DNA of 58,767 nucleotides from Candidatus Roizmanbacteria bacterium RIFOXYC1_FULL_41_16 (GCA_001788295.1 MGBO01000021.1:212865-271631); one strand, 5' to 3'; positions 16,648 through 25,638 are shown, counted from the first letter of the stretch. The notes: generated from the letters alone by a model not told the origin. Program-made: numbers and translations.

Positions 16648-17792
16648 TGTTCTTTTCTTAATATCTTCACTGCTAATTTGATTACTTCGGTCAAAACGGC
16701 TGAGGAGTCCAAAACTGTACCATACAAGCCACTGTCTTTGAGAAACCTAGCCATCAGTGCCAAGCCTTGTTTTTGGTTTGGGCCACCACGACGCACAAAC
16801 ACCAAAACATCTTGCTTTTTCAAAGCCTGTTTATTCTCCTCAAGCGCTTTAATCACTCCCTGAAACGTTTTGGCAACATCAGTAAAATTAGCCACTCCAC
16901 CGGCAATAACCAATACTTTTTGGTGACTTTTTGACTTTAGCAAATCAGTTAAAATAACTCTCGTGTATAAATATGTATCCTGCATGGTTGGATTGCCCGA
17001 ATATTCTCCATAATTAGCCAGCTCCTGGCCAAAACCAAAGTCTGCCACTTCGTCTGCCAAAACCAGGCTGGCACCACCGCCTGAAAGTAACATCCAAACA
17101 GAACCATTAGGATTGAGCAAACGGTACTTTAATGAAGCTGGACTGGATTTGTCTAGCTTGGCAATTTGCTCCTCGCTGGAACTTAACTTTATTGGCGAAA
17201 TCGGCTCAATTTGTAGATTACTCACGACCGGAATGTTAAGAGCAGCATCGTCAATTTCCACTGCCAAATCAAGAAGATATATCTGCTCATCTTTAACTAC
17301 AAGCGGATTTATTTCCAGAAAACTAAAGTAATATTTATCAAAAATTGTCTTGAGCTTAGCAACAAGTTTTTTCACAATGGGATCGCTGATCGTACTATTG
17401 ACCTGTTGCCAATGATCTTCAATTTCTACCCCTCCGTGAGGACTGTAAAGAACCTTGATACCATCCCTAACCCGTTCTAAACTCAAATATTGCTCTTGAT
17501 TAGCAGTATGGGGAACAAAAGGCTCGATCAAAAATTGCGAAAATTTTTGCTGGCTTTTGGCTTTCACAAAGCTCCGTAACACCCCCGGGGTGTTCCGGAT
17601 GGAGACAAGGCCTTGTTTGGCTCGTTTTTTAATGCCCTGATCCACTTTCGCAACCAATTCTACAGGGCCAAAAAAAGCCTCAATCGTGGCGGCTGTAATT
17701 CGTGAATCGACCTGTAAACCTTGCCATGGTAAATTAAGCTCTTTGGTGAGAATTTTTTTTGCTTGAAATTCACTGATTCTTACTCTGGCCAT
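16644..17792 (-). CDS. aclB: ATP-citrate lyase beta-like subunit (ATP-grasp + citrate-binding)
   Basis: The N-terminal ISEFQAKKIL is typical of the SucC/AclB ATP-grasp, and VIAGGVANFTDVAKTF is also present. The gene overlaps the next gene by 4 nt. Confidence 0.72.
   Translation of the reverse strand: MARVRISEFQAKKILTKELNLPWQGLQVDSRITAATIEAFFGPVELVAKVDQGIKKRAKQGLVSIRNTPGVLRSFVKAKSQQKFSQFLIEPFVPHTANQEQYLSLERVRDGIKVLYSPHGGVEIEDHWQQVNSTISDPIVKKLVAKLKTIFDKYYFSFLEINPLVVKDEQIYLLDLAVEIDDAALNIPVVSNLQIEPISPIKLSSSEEQIAKLDKSSPASLKYRLLNPNGSVWMLLSGGGASLVLADEVADFGFGQELANYGEYSGNPTMQDTYLYTRVILTDLLKSKSHQKVLVIAGGVANFTDVAKTFQGVIKALEENKQALKKQDVLVFVRRGGPNQKQGLALMARFLKDSGLYGTVLDSSAVLTEVIKLAVKILRKEQ
17571..17594. 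repeat. REP-like palindromic element copy inside the aclB-like CDS
   Basis: gctccgtaacacccccggggtgtt. The first 23 nt are identical to 40369..40391 in leuS. It is translated as NTPGVLRS. Confidence 0.75.
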
Positions 17793-17797
17793 AATTG

Positions 17798-17871
17798 TGG
17801 CAGGGGCGGAGGGAATCGAACCCCCAACAAAGGTTTTGGAGACCTCTATTATGCCATTTAACTACGCCCCT
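17798..17871 (-). tRNA. tRNA-Trp (anticodon CCA), 3' CCA encoded
   Basis: The reverse complement folds as a cloverleaf. The acceptor stem is AGGGGCG/CGCCCCT. The anticodon stem GAGGT/ACCTT encloses the loop CTCCAAA. The T-loop is GTTCGATTC, followed by a terminal GCCA. Confidence 0.9.
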
Positions 17872-17942
17872 AATAAACTGATTTATCTATTATACAAAAC
17901 CGGGCTTGAAGTTCGCTTTTGGATTTATGTATACTAGAGGCA

Positions 17943-18809
17943 ATGGCCAAATACATACCGGACATCAAAAGCCACCGCTGGGTAATTCTGGCGCCGGGCC
18001 GGCTTGGCAAACCCGCTGCTTCTAATAAAGACTATACTATTAGTACTAAAAATGGCCTCAAAGTCGCTCAAGAGTGCCCGTTTTGCCCGGGCAACGAAGC
18101 CAAGACTCCGCCTGAGATTGATAGTATTAAAAAGGACGAGTTGTGGCTAGTAAGAGCCTTTTCCAATAAATATCCTATAACAGATATTCATGAAGTGATT
18201 ATCCACAGTCCGGATCATTGCCAAGACCTTGAAGATTTTAGCGATGAGCAACTTTTGGCCTTATTTAGGATTTATAAAAAAAGATTGACTACTTTGTCGA
18301 GTCAGGGCGTGCCGATTTTGTTCCGCAATCACGGCGTTACTGCCGGCACCAGTCTTCCCCACCCCCATTCACAGGTAATTGTTTTGCCTCAGCAAATCAA
18401 CCTGGAAAGCCTGTTTTTGGAACCAGTCAAAAACATGGTTCTTGATAATAATCATTTTGTGCTCTACTGCCCGGACTTTTCTCAATATCCATACGAAGTC
18501 TGGATCACTCACAAAGACTGTTCCAAATATGAGTTTGGCGCCTCTGAGCTTTTGGAGATCAAACTAGAACATTTTAACGACGAGGAGTTGTTGGATCTTG
18601 GCCAGCTGGTGCAAAAAACCTTGAAAGGATTGCAGAAAATACTGGGCAAATTCGACTACAACTATTATATCGCGCCCAAACCGCCTTTTTACTTGCGCCT
18701 AATCCCTCGTGTGGTGACCCGTGGCGGCTTTGAATTGGGCACCGGCCTGTCTACCAATGTTCTGGATCCAGCTGTGGCGGCAGAAGAGCTGAAGAAGGTA
18801 ATTAGATAG
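17943..18809 (+). CDS. galactose-1-phosphate uridylyltransferase-like HIT-family nucleotidyltransferase
   Basis: Zinc motif CPFCPGNE and the HIT-like catalytic motif HPHSQV, in a half-size GalT architecture. The ATG at 17943 is preferred over the track's TTG at 17919. Confidence 0.72.
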   Translation: MAKYIPDIKSHRWVILAPGRLGKPAASNKDYTISTKNGLKVAQECPFCPGNEAKTPPEIDSIKKDELWLVRAFSNKYPITDIHEVIIHSPDHCQDLEDFSDEQLLALFRIYKKRLTTLSSQGVPILFRNHGVTAGTSLPHPHSQVIVLPQQINLESLFLEPVKNMVLDNNHFVLYCPDFSQYPYEVWITHKDCSKYEFGASELLEIKLEHFNDEELLDLGQLVQKTLKGLQKILGKFDYNYYIAPKPPFYLRLIPRVVTRGGFELGTGLSTNVLDPAVAAEELKKVIR

Positions 18810-18811
18810 TT

Positions 18812-19912
18812 TTAATCGCAAATATCATAATCAGAGTTTTTTTTCTTTTGTAACTTAGCCCATTTTTCTTTGGTCATCTTACAGGATGGACACTGATTTC
18901 CTACTGGCGACCAGCTAACATAACCACAACTAGGACAAGTAAAAGGTTCGGAGTATAAATAATCGGCATAACCATACATCGAAAACCCAGCTTGAATAAT
19001 CGGGCAAGAACCACCCATATAAATTAGTGGCATGGGCATTGTCTGCGATTGCCTGCCGGCTAAGCCAATTAGTTCTGCTTTAACCTGAGTGATTTGATAA
19101 AGCTGAGAAAGAATTTCTAAGATACGTGTTTGGCTGAAGTTATCAGAACTAAGCAACTGTTGATATCTGGCTAGCCAGAAAACAAACGCTTTGTCTTTTA
19201 ACAAAGCCTGTTCTAGTAAGGCTCCACGATTATCGACAGAAAATCCTAGCTGTTTGAGTAAATCCTCGGTCGTGTGGCTGTCAAGTTGAAAGTCTTGCGG
19301 CCCGGCGATCAGTGAATTAGCGACTCCGCCAGAAGAATGATAATTAATCTTTAATTGGTTTGCCAATAACTGACTTTGATCAAGAGTCTGGCGATGTTCG
19401 TCGTAGCGCAAAATATGATTAATTACCTGCTTATCTTTGCGCTCAAACCAGAATAAAAAACCATAGTCACCATGATGCAAATTATCCGGGTCCGGAGGCG
19501 ACAGTTGTAACACCTGATCTGCCTGATTTTTGGCAAAAAGATCTTGCATTCTTTGCCAACCCAATAACTCAGAGAGCTCTCGACTACCAGCCAAATTAGA
19601 TTGTGCTGATTGAGACAACATGTCTTCCATCACTAACCCAATCTCCGGATAAACAACTTTGTCTTGATTATTCAACTCATAAACAATTTGAGTTTTTTTA
19701 ACTCCGGCAGCAAACTCCAGTAAAAACTTTAACACTTGTTCTCGGCTGTAAAAAGCAATTTGGGCAAACTCAACGCCTTTCTGCTTTAAATTCTCTAGAA
19801 ATCGCCGCTCTGCCGAAATGTCAAAAAAATTGGCAATCTGTTGTTCTAAACGAAAGTCTTTGGGAAAAAAGCCCAACTCTTTAGGATTAATATAAGTTTC
19901 TAATCTATTCAT
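18812..19912 (-). CDS. hypothetical protein with C-terminal zinc ribbon
   Basis: 366-aa ORF whose C-terminus carries CPSCGYVSWSPVGNQCPSCK (CxxC-x12-CxxC). No family recognised for the remaining 320 or so residues. Confidence 0.5.
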   Translation of the reverse strand: MNRLETYINPKELGFFPKDFRLEQQIANFFDISAERRFLENLKQKGVEFAQIAFYSREQVLKFLLEFAAGVKKTQIVYELNNQDKVVYPEIGLVMEDMLSQSAQSNLAGSRELSELLGWQRMQDLFAKNQADQVLQLSPPDPDNLHHGDYGFLFWFERKDKQVINHILRYDEHRQTLDQSQLLANQLKINYHSSGGVANSLIAGPQDFQLDSHTTEDLLKQLGFSVDNRGALLEQALLKDKAFVFWLARYQQLLSSDNFSQTRILEILSQLYQITQVKAELIGLAGRQSQTMPMPLIYMGGSCPIIQAGFSMYGYADYLYSEPFTCPSCGYVSWSPVGNQCPSCKMTKEKWAKLQKKKNSDYDICD

Positions 19913-20075
19913 TTTTCTTGCTCGAGATCTAATAGATAAGAATTGTTTTCGGGCTTTAACCGTTGCGGCACAGCTCCCGAATAGCTTGTTTTGTCAAGCT
20001 TCACGGGATTCCATTATACCCTAAGGGGGTATACTTTACCTCTTATCTTCAACTAGCTTGGCTATTGTAACTAAG

Positions 20076-20104
20076 TTGCAAATAATATGCAAGTTTGGCA
20101 AAAT
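20076..20104 (+). promoter_or_regulatory. sigma70-like promoter, leaderless geometry
   Basis: TTGCAA (20076..20081), a 17-nt spacer, CAAAAT (20099..20104), 6 nt, then ATG at 20111. Confidence 0.4.
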
Positions 20105-20110
20105 GAGAGA

Positions 20111-20821
20111 ATGGAATGCCCAAATTGCCAAGCTGAACTCAAACCGGAGAAAATCGGCAGCACTGTTTATTGGCGCTGTGCGAGCTGTGGAGCGCTCTGG
20201 TTTGACAACAAAGAAAGCGATTTTCTGAGCGAAGAAGAAGCGGCCAAACTTAATAAAATCAAAAAACAACCTTCGTTTAGCCGGCTAAATTATACTTGTC
20301 CTAGAGACAAAACCAAACTCAAATATGATGGCTATTATTACCGTTGTTATTCTTGTGGCGGTCTAATGGCTAGCTCGGCCTCAATTTTGGAGGAAAAAAT
20401 GGCCAAGCGCCAACGACTAGCTTCTACTTTGAAAAAACCGATCAGCTTTAGTCAGATGAAAACCGTGGTTATTTTTGCCTTGGCCGTTTTGTTTGTGGGA
20501 GTAAATGTCAGCTTGGTTAACGGCCTCAGACACCGCTTGACTCTGGAAACCCAGGCACAGCAGGTAAAAAGCACTCTGCAAATCCATGCGGTCAATCAGG
20601 ATAAGCTGGCGCTATATTTCAATACCGAAGAGCCCTACCGCACCACTGCTCTTTTTAAGAGCGCGGACAGACAATGGGAACAGGTAATTAACCCTAATTA
20701 CAGTCTTAACCATTTTTTAATCGTCAGCAGGCCAAGTAAGGCCACCAAAGTCCAGGTCCGGCTGCAGTCTGTTAAGAACGAGGAGTATTTGACCGAAGAA
20801 GTGGCACTAGAACCACGCTAA
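20111..20821 (+). CDS. zinc-ribbon (TFIIB-like zf) membrane protein
   Basis: Two ribbons, MECPNCQAEL...WRCASCGALWFD and CPRDKTKL...YRCYSCGG, followed by one TM helix (VVIFALAVLFVGVNVSLV). The start was set at 20111 because of the promoter geometry; the track gives 20087. Confidence 0.55.
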   Translation: MECPNCQAELKPEKIGSTVYWRCASCGALWFDNKESDFLSEEEAAKLNKIKKQPSFSRLNYTCPRDKTKLKYDGYYYRCYSCGGLMASSASILEEKMAKRQRLASTLKKPISFSQMKTVVIFALAVLFVGVNVSLVNGLRHRLTLETQAQQVKSTLQIHAVNQDKLALYFNTEEPYRTTALFKSADRQWEQVINPNYSLNHFLIVSRPSKATKVQVRLQSVKNEEYLTEEVALEPR

Positions 20822-21470
20822 CTAACAGCATAGTGACAACAATTACCACCAAACTATAGAAAAGGCCGTTTCGTAAGTAAAACAGGTTGTGGCTGACAAA
20901 ACTAACTAATTGATTCTTGGCGTTTATTAAGGGAACAAAAGTCACGATTTCCCCGATATATTTAACCAATAAAAACACCAGGCTGGCCAAAAACAATCCC
21001 ACCACACTGCCCTCAAGATCTTTGGCTGAAGAAAACATTGTTAATCCAACTTGCAATAGTAGATAAATGTAGAGCGCCACAAAGACCCATTCCATTCCCG
21101 ATTTGGAATAGGCGGTGGCGACCCAAATAAGAATTAAACCAAAAAAGACCGGCGCCAAGCCAATCAGAGTGCGCCGCAACGGATCGGTTTGCTCGATTTT
21201 CACCCCACCTAACTTGATAGAACGATCTGCTTTTATCTCCGGCATAACCGATATTCCATCGGTTCTCACTTGCATAAACTCGGCCAAGATCAAATGTGCC
21301 GCTTCGTGAATAAAGGTTCCGGGCAATAGAATAAAGGCCAAACCCTTAACTACAGCCGCCTCGTTTTTGAAAATCCGGAATAAATATTGACCCAGAATTT
21401 TAATAAAGGTACGGCTGGCCCAAAAAATCAAGAACAGCAAGCCTAAAATCTGCAGCAAAAGAATGGTCAT
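20772..21470 (-). CDS. integral-membrane putative zinc metallopeptidase (HExxH)
   Basis: FIHEAAHLILAEF lies next to TM helices. The protein has about 6 TM segments and resembles DUF3267-type membrane zincins. Confidence 0.5.
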   Translation of the reverse strand: MTILLLQILGLLFLIFWASRTFIKILGQYLFRIFKNEAAVVKGLAFILLPGTFIHEAAHLILAEFMQVRTDGISVMPEIKADRSIKLGGVKIEQTDPLRRTLIGLAPVFFGLILIWVATAYSKSGMEWVFVALYIYLLLQVGLTMFSSAKDLEGSVVGLFLASLVFLLVKYIGEIVTFVPLINAKNQLVSFVSHNLFYLRNGLFYSLVVIVVTMLLVSVVLVPLLRSNTPRS

Positions 21471-22213
21471 GACCGTTTAAACTTGGCTTTGATCACCAAG
21501 ATTAGAAAACTAATAAGCTTGAGTTGCCGCCCCAAACGCCAAGGTTGCCGAATCAGCCGGTAAAGCCATTCAAGTCCCAAGCGCTGCATTACTTTGGGTG
21601 CCCGAGGCAAAAGACCACTATTCATGGCAAAACCACCGCCCACTCCCACTACCAAACAGCCCTTAAAGAGCTCCTGATTCGCCTGAATCCATAGCTCTTG
21701 AGCCGGACTGCCAAAAGCCACGAAAACCAGACAGGGCTTGCTAGTGCGCACTATCTGTTTTAACCTCAGAATTTCATGGTCTTTTGGCTGTTTTATGTCG
21801 TCAATTGCCTGCAAACCCTGTATTTTAAGCTCAGGGTATCGGCGGCTGTAGCACTTGGCGGTTAGCTCTGCCAAATTGGCGTCTCCTCCGATAAGCAGGC
21901 ATCTCAAGCTATGTTGGGCAGCATAGGCAATCAACCTATCCATCAACTCTACCCCTGGCAACCGCCTTAGGCTTGTCCCAGTAAGCAATCTCGCTGCCAG
22001 AACAATCCCCACGCCGTCCACAATGAGGGTTTGGCTTGATAGAACAAGCTTTTCAAACTCCTTCTGCCTGGTCATGATCATTAGGTTTTCCGGATTAAGG
22101 GAGATAATTTGGCAAAATTCACCCTTAGACAAGACGCCTTTTTTAATTCGCTCTAGGATATCCTCAAAATCAACGAAATTTAAGCTGTAATTAAGTAACT
22201 TAATTGGCTGCAT
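21467..22213 (-). CDS. tagA: WecB/TagA/CpsF-family glycosyltransferase (GT26)
   Basis: Motifs DGVGIVLAARLL, FVAFGSPAQELW and LPRAPKVMQRLGLEWLYRLIRQPWR. The start was set at the ATG at 22213. Confidence 0.82.
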   Translation of the reverse strand: MQPIKLLNYSLNFVDFEDILERIKKGVLSKGEFCQIISLNPENLMIMTRQKEFEKLVLSSQTLIVDGVGIVLAARLLTGTSLRRLPGVELMDRLIAYAAQHSLRCLLIGGDANLAELTAKCYSRRYPELKIQGLQAIDDIKQPKDHEILRLKQIVRTSKPCLVFVAFGSPAQELWIQANQELFKGCLVVGVGGGFAMNSGLLPRAPKVMQRLGLEWLYRLIRQPWRLGRQLKLISFLILVIKAKFKRS

Positions 22214-22469
22214 AATCTTCAGATTGATTATAAGATAAAAGTACAAACAAAGAAATAGACTTTGGTTGCCATTCTTGTACAGCTTTGTTGAACTCTAATT
22301 GTTTATTAATTTGGTTGTTATATAAGTACATGTTTTAAAGACTTATTAAAATAGCTGCATAAAAGACATATTAACTATAGTCTTTACTACAAGATGTGAT
22401 GCTTTGCTACTTTTTTTTCTGTTAGTGAAATTAAACATCATATTTTTTTATTAAGCTTTTTATTATAAG

Positions 22470-23477
22470 CTATATCTTCCCGGCGGCTTGTCGGTAAAGC
22501 TCAAAATTCTCGGCAATCAAACCCAAACCCCTAATCACACAAAGGAGCGGATCTTCAGCTACGAAAACCGGAAAGTTGAGCTCGTCGCTCAAATATTTGT
22601 CTAAATTGTGCAGCATGGCGCTACCGCCGGAAATAATCGCCCCTTTTTCGGCAATGTCAGCGGAAATCTCAGGCGGGATATGTTCTAAAACGTGCTTGGC
22701 AGTATAGCTAATGCCTTTCAGCGGTTTTTGAATGCTCTCGGATAACTCGCGCTCACTGATTTCGATGTGTTTGGGTAAACCGTAACGCAAATCCCGGCCC
22801 TTGACCAAAATCATTTTGTCTGCCTTGGCTTCCTTAAGATAAGCGGTTGCATGTTTAATTTTGAGCTCTTCCACCGAACGTTCGCCAATGATCAGATTGT
22901 GTTTTTTACGCAAGTGCCCCACAATCGCCTGCTCAATCTTGCTCCCGGCCACCCGCTCGCTCTGATAAGCTACCAGCTCGCCTAAGGAAATGACTGCCAC
23001 CTCAGTCGTGCCGCCGCCGATATTGATAATCAAGTTACCGGAGGCCTCTGCAATTGAAATTTTGGCGCCGATAGCCGCGGCAATCGGTTCATCAATTAAG
23101 TAAACGTGCCGCGCGCCGGCAGAATAACAGGCGTTGGCAATCGCTCGTCGCTCCACTTGAGTGGCGCCGCCGGGAATCGAAATAATGATGTCTGGCTTAA
23201 AAAAAAAGTTGCCCAAGGCCTTATTCAAAAAATAGCGGATCATGGCCCGGGTAACCGTGTATTCGGCAATGACTCCATCTTTCATTGGATGCGTAGCAAT
23301 AATGGTTCCCGGAGTTCGGCCCAACATTTCTTTTGCTTGACTACCCACGGCGACAATTTTTTTTTCATACACAGAATAAGCAACCACCGTGGCCTCATTC
23401 AGAATAATTCCTTTGCCCTCTAAATAAACCAGAGTGTTAGCTGTTCCCAAATCAATACCCACCCGCTTACTAAACAT
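22470..23477 (-). CDS. mreB: rod-shape-determining actin homologue MreB
   Basis: Motifs GIDLGTANTLVY, DEPIAAAIG, INIGGGTTEVAVISLG and ISGGSAMLHNLD. The start at 23477 is supported by a TATAAT box (23484..23489 on the minus strand) 6 nt upstream. Confidence 0.9.
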   Translation of the reverse strand: MFSKRVGIDLGTANTLVYLEGKGIILNEATVVAYSVYEKKIVAVGSQAKEMLGRTPGTIIATHPMKDGVIAEYTVTRAMIRYFLNKALGNFFFKPDIIISIPGGATQVERRAIANACYSAGARHVYLIDEPIAAAIGAKISIAEASGNLIINIGGGTTEVAVISLGELVAYQSERVAGSKIEQAIVGHLRKKHNLIIGERSVEELKIKHATAYLKEAKADKMILVKGRDLRYGLPKHIEISERELSESIQKPLKGISYTAKHVLEHIPPEISADIAEKGAIISGGSAMLHNLDKYLSDELNFPVFVAEDPLLCVIRGLGLIAENFELYRQAAGKI

Positions 23478-23582
23478 AAAAGCATTATATAGGATTTTGC
23501 CAGAGAGTAAATAATCATTCAAATAATACTACTCAATACTCATTAAGTATATCAAAGTAGATTATATATTCTAATCTAGATA

Positions 23583-23591
23583 TGCTATAAT
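23583..23591 (+). promoter_or_regulatory. extended -10 (TGCTATAAT) 6 nt before the ATG at 23598
   Basis: TGC-TATAAT at 23583..23591, with no SD sequence. Confidence 0.4.
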
Positions 23592-23597
23592 TAACCA

Positions 23598-24905
23598 ATG
23601 GTTTATTTGAAACGCTCGGCAATTGCCCTCCTGATCATTATTGCCATTCTGGCTGTTGCCGTCACCATCATTTTATTTGCCCGAGGCTATCGCTTTAATC
23701 TTAATAACGGTGAATTGGGCAGCAAAGGCATTCTCGTGGCTAATTCTGCTCCTAATAACGCTCAAATTTATGTTGACAGCAAATTTGTCAGCCTGACTTC
23801 GGATAACGTTTATCTGTCTCCGGGAAAATATCAAATCAGTATTCGTAAAGAAGGCTACAGCAACTGGAACAAAGAATTCACTATCAAAGGCGAAGTTGTT
23901 TCCAGAGTCGATGCCCAGCTTTTTTCGAGCAATCCTTCTCTCAGCCCACTGACCAACAGCGGCGTGGTAGGCCCTTATTTGTCACCATTAAAAGACAAGG
24001 TCAGCTATATTATTATGCCAAATGAAACTCAACTGACACTGGAGGAAAACGGCGGTTTGATGATTGGTAATCTCAAAACCGGTACCCTAAACTTTTTTAA
24101 ACAACACAATTTATTGTTGCCTTATAGCAGCCTGCCCCTGACAATGGTTCCGGACAAAACCCAAGTGATTTTTAGCAACAATGAAAAAAATCTCTTGGCT
24201 TTTTTTTACGATGAATACGATAATCTTTTGGCTGTTTATCTGATGTCCATTAACGGCAGCCAAGGAGATTATCTTGATGTAACGCTATCGTATCAACAAC
24301 TTCTTGACCAATGGTGGCAGGAAAAAACCAGTCTTCAACAAAAGATTTATGACACGGCTAAACCGAAATTGCGTAAAGTCCTAAACAATAATACTTATCT
24401 GGTTGAGGTCTCGCCGGACAAAAGCAAGTTTTTGTATCTGGCCCTTAATGACGCTCTTTTGCCTCGAATTATTGTGCCGGCACTGATCGGATCGGTTCCT
24501 ACCAAAGAGATTCGTGAAATTAAGGCCGCCAACTTTTATGTTTATGACAAAAAAGAAGACAAGAACTTCCTGATTAAAAATTACTCTGACGAGGCCAGGC
24601 AGGAAATGGCTCAATTTTTAAATGAAGTTAGGCTCAGCGAGAGTCTGGCGCTTTTAGATTGGTTGAAATTAAATCAGCTTTTTAATCAACTCACCTGGTA
24701 TTCGGATTCCCGACATCTAATTGCCAGCCACAACGGTACCATTTCGGTAATGGAATACGACGGCGCCAATAAGATTCTGGTGTATTCCGGGCCTTTTGAA
24801 GAAAACTTTTTGGCTGCAAGCTCGGATGGTCGGCTGGTTGTCTTAACCAATATCAATCCCAAAAAGAACGTTTTGGCTGATCTCTACTCGGTTTCGATTA
24901 AATAA
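23598..24905 (+). CDS. PEGA-domain membrane-anchored protein
   Basis: N-terminal TM helix followed by GILVANSAPNNAQIYVDSKFVSL...YLSPGKYQISIRKEGYSNWNKEFTI, the PEGA motif context. Confidence 0.65.
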   Translation: MVYLKRSAIALLIIIAILAVAVTIILFARGYRFNLNNGELGSKGILVANSAPNNAQIYVDSKFVSLTSDNVYLSPGKYQISIRKEGYSNWNKEFTIKGEVVSRVDAQLFSSNPSLSPLTNSGVVGPYLSPLKDKVSYIIMPNETQLTLEENGGLMIGNLKTGTLNFFKQHNLLLPYSSLPLTMVPDKTQVIFSNNEKNLLAFFYDEYDNLLAVYLMSINGSQGDYLDVTLSYQQLLDQWWQEKTSLQQKIYDTAKPKLRKVLNNNTYLVEVSPDKSKFLYLALNDALLPRIIVPALIGSVPTKEIREIKAANFYVYDKKEDKNFLIKNYSDEARQEMAQFLNEVRLSESLALLDWLKLNQLFNQLTWYSDSRHLIASHNGTISVMEYDGANKILVYSGPFEENFLAASSDGRLVVLTNINPKKNVLADLYSVSIK

Positions 24906-24933
24906 AACCCCAAACTTTGCTACTCTATATATT

Positions 24934-25638
24934 ATGAAGCTTAATAGCCAGGTACTGCGAATTTTGTTCTTCCGGACCTTGGGTAATTTTATGATTTTGA
25001 TGAGTTTGGTGATCATTGGAAAGACGTTTGTGCCGGCGCTCTATCAGGAGCTGGAATATGGTCTAAAACAAATTCGAAAAGTGACAGTTAAAGTGGTGGC
25101 CACTAAGCCTGCAGATAAGCCAGTTCCCTCACCTACTCCAAGCAATCCATTTAGCCGGCTACTAGGCCAATTTACTCAAACTACCGAAACAATTGTGCCT
25201 GTGGATACCCAGTTTGGAATTGTCATTCCCAAAATCAGCGCCAACAGCCGGATAATTGGCAATGTTGACACCAGCTCTTACGACGATTATATCCGGGCTT
25301 TGCAAATTGGAGTGGCGCATGCCCAAGGCACGGCTTTTCCCGGCGACAACGGCCATATTTATCTTTTTGCCCATTCTACGGATAATATTTTGAGCGTTGG
25401 CACTTATAACGCTGTGTTTTATCTGCTTTATAAACTTGAGCCAACCGACAAGATCCTGCTCTTTTATCGCGGCCAAAAACACGTCTATAAGGTCACCAGC
25501 AAGCGTGTCGTTAACCCATCAGAGGTTCATTACCTCACCCGGGCTTCGGCTGAGGAATTTCTCACGCTCCAAACCTGTTGGCCGCCAGGCACTACTCTGC
25601 AGCGATTACTGGTTTTCGCGTCCCCGGTGGTAAAATAG
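24934..25638 (+). CDS. sortase-family transpeptidase
   Basis: N-terminal TM helix, catalytic His context (IYLFAHS) and the TLQTCWP motif (TLxTC), plus a downstream Arg. Confidence 0.8.
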   Translation: MKLNSQVLRILFFRTLGNFMILMSLVIIGKTFVPALYQELEYGLKQIRKVTVKVVATKPADKPVPSPTPSNPFSRLLGQFTQTTETIVPVDTQFGIVIPKISANSRIIGNVDTSSYDDYIRALQIGVAHAQGTAFPGDNGHIYLFAHSTDNILSVGTYNAVFYLLYKLEPTDKILLFYRGQKHVYKVTSKRVVNPSEVHYLTRASAEEFLTLQTCWPPGTTLQRLLVFASPVVK

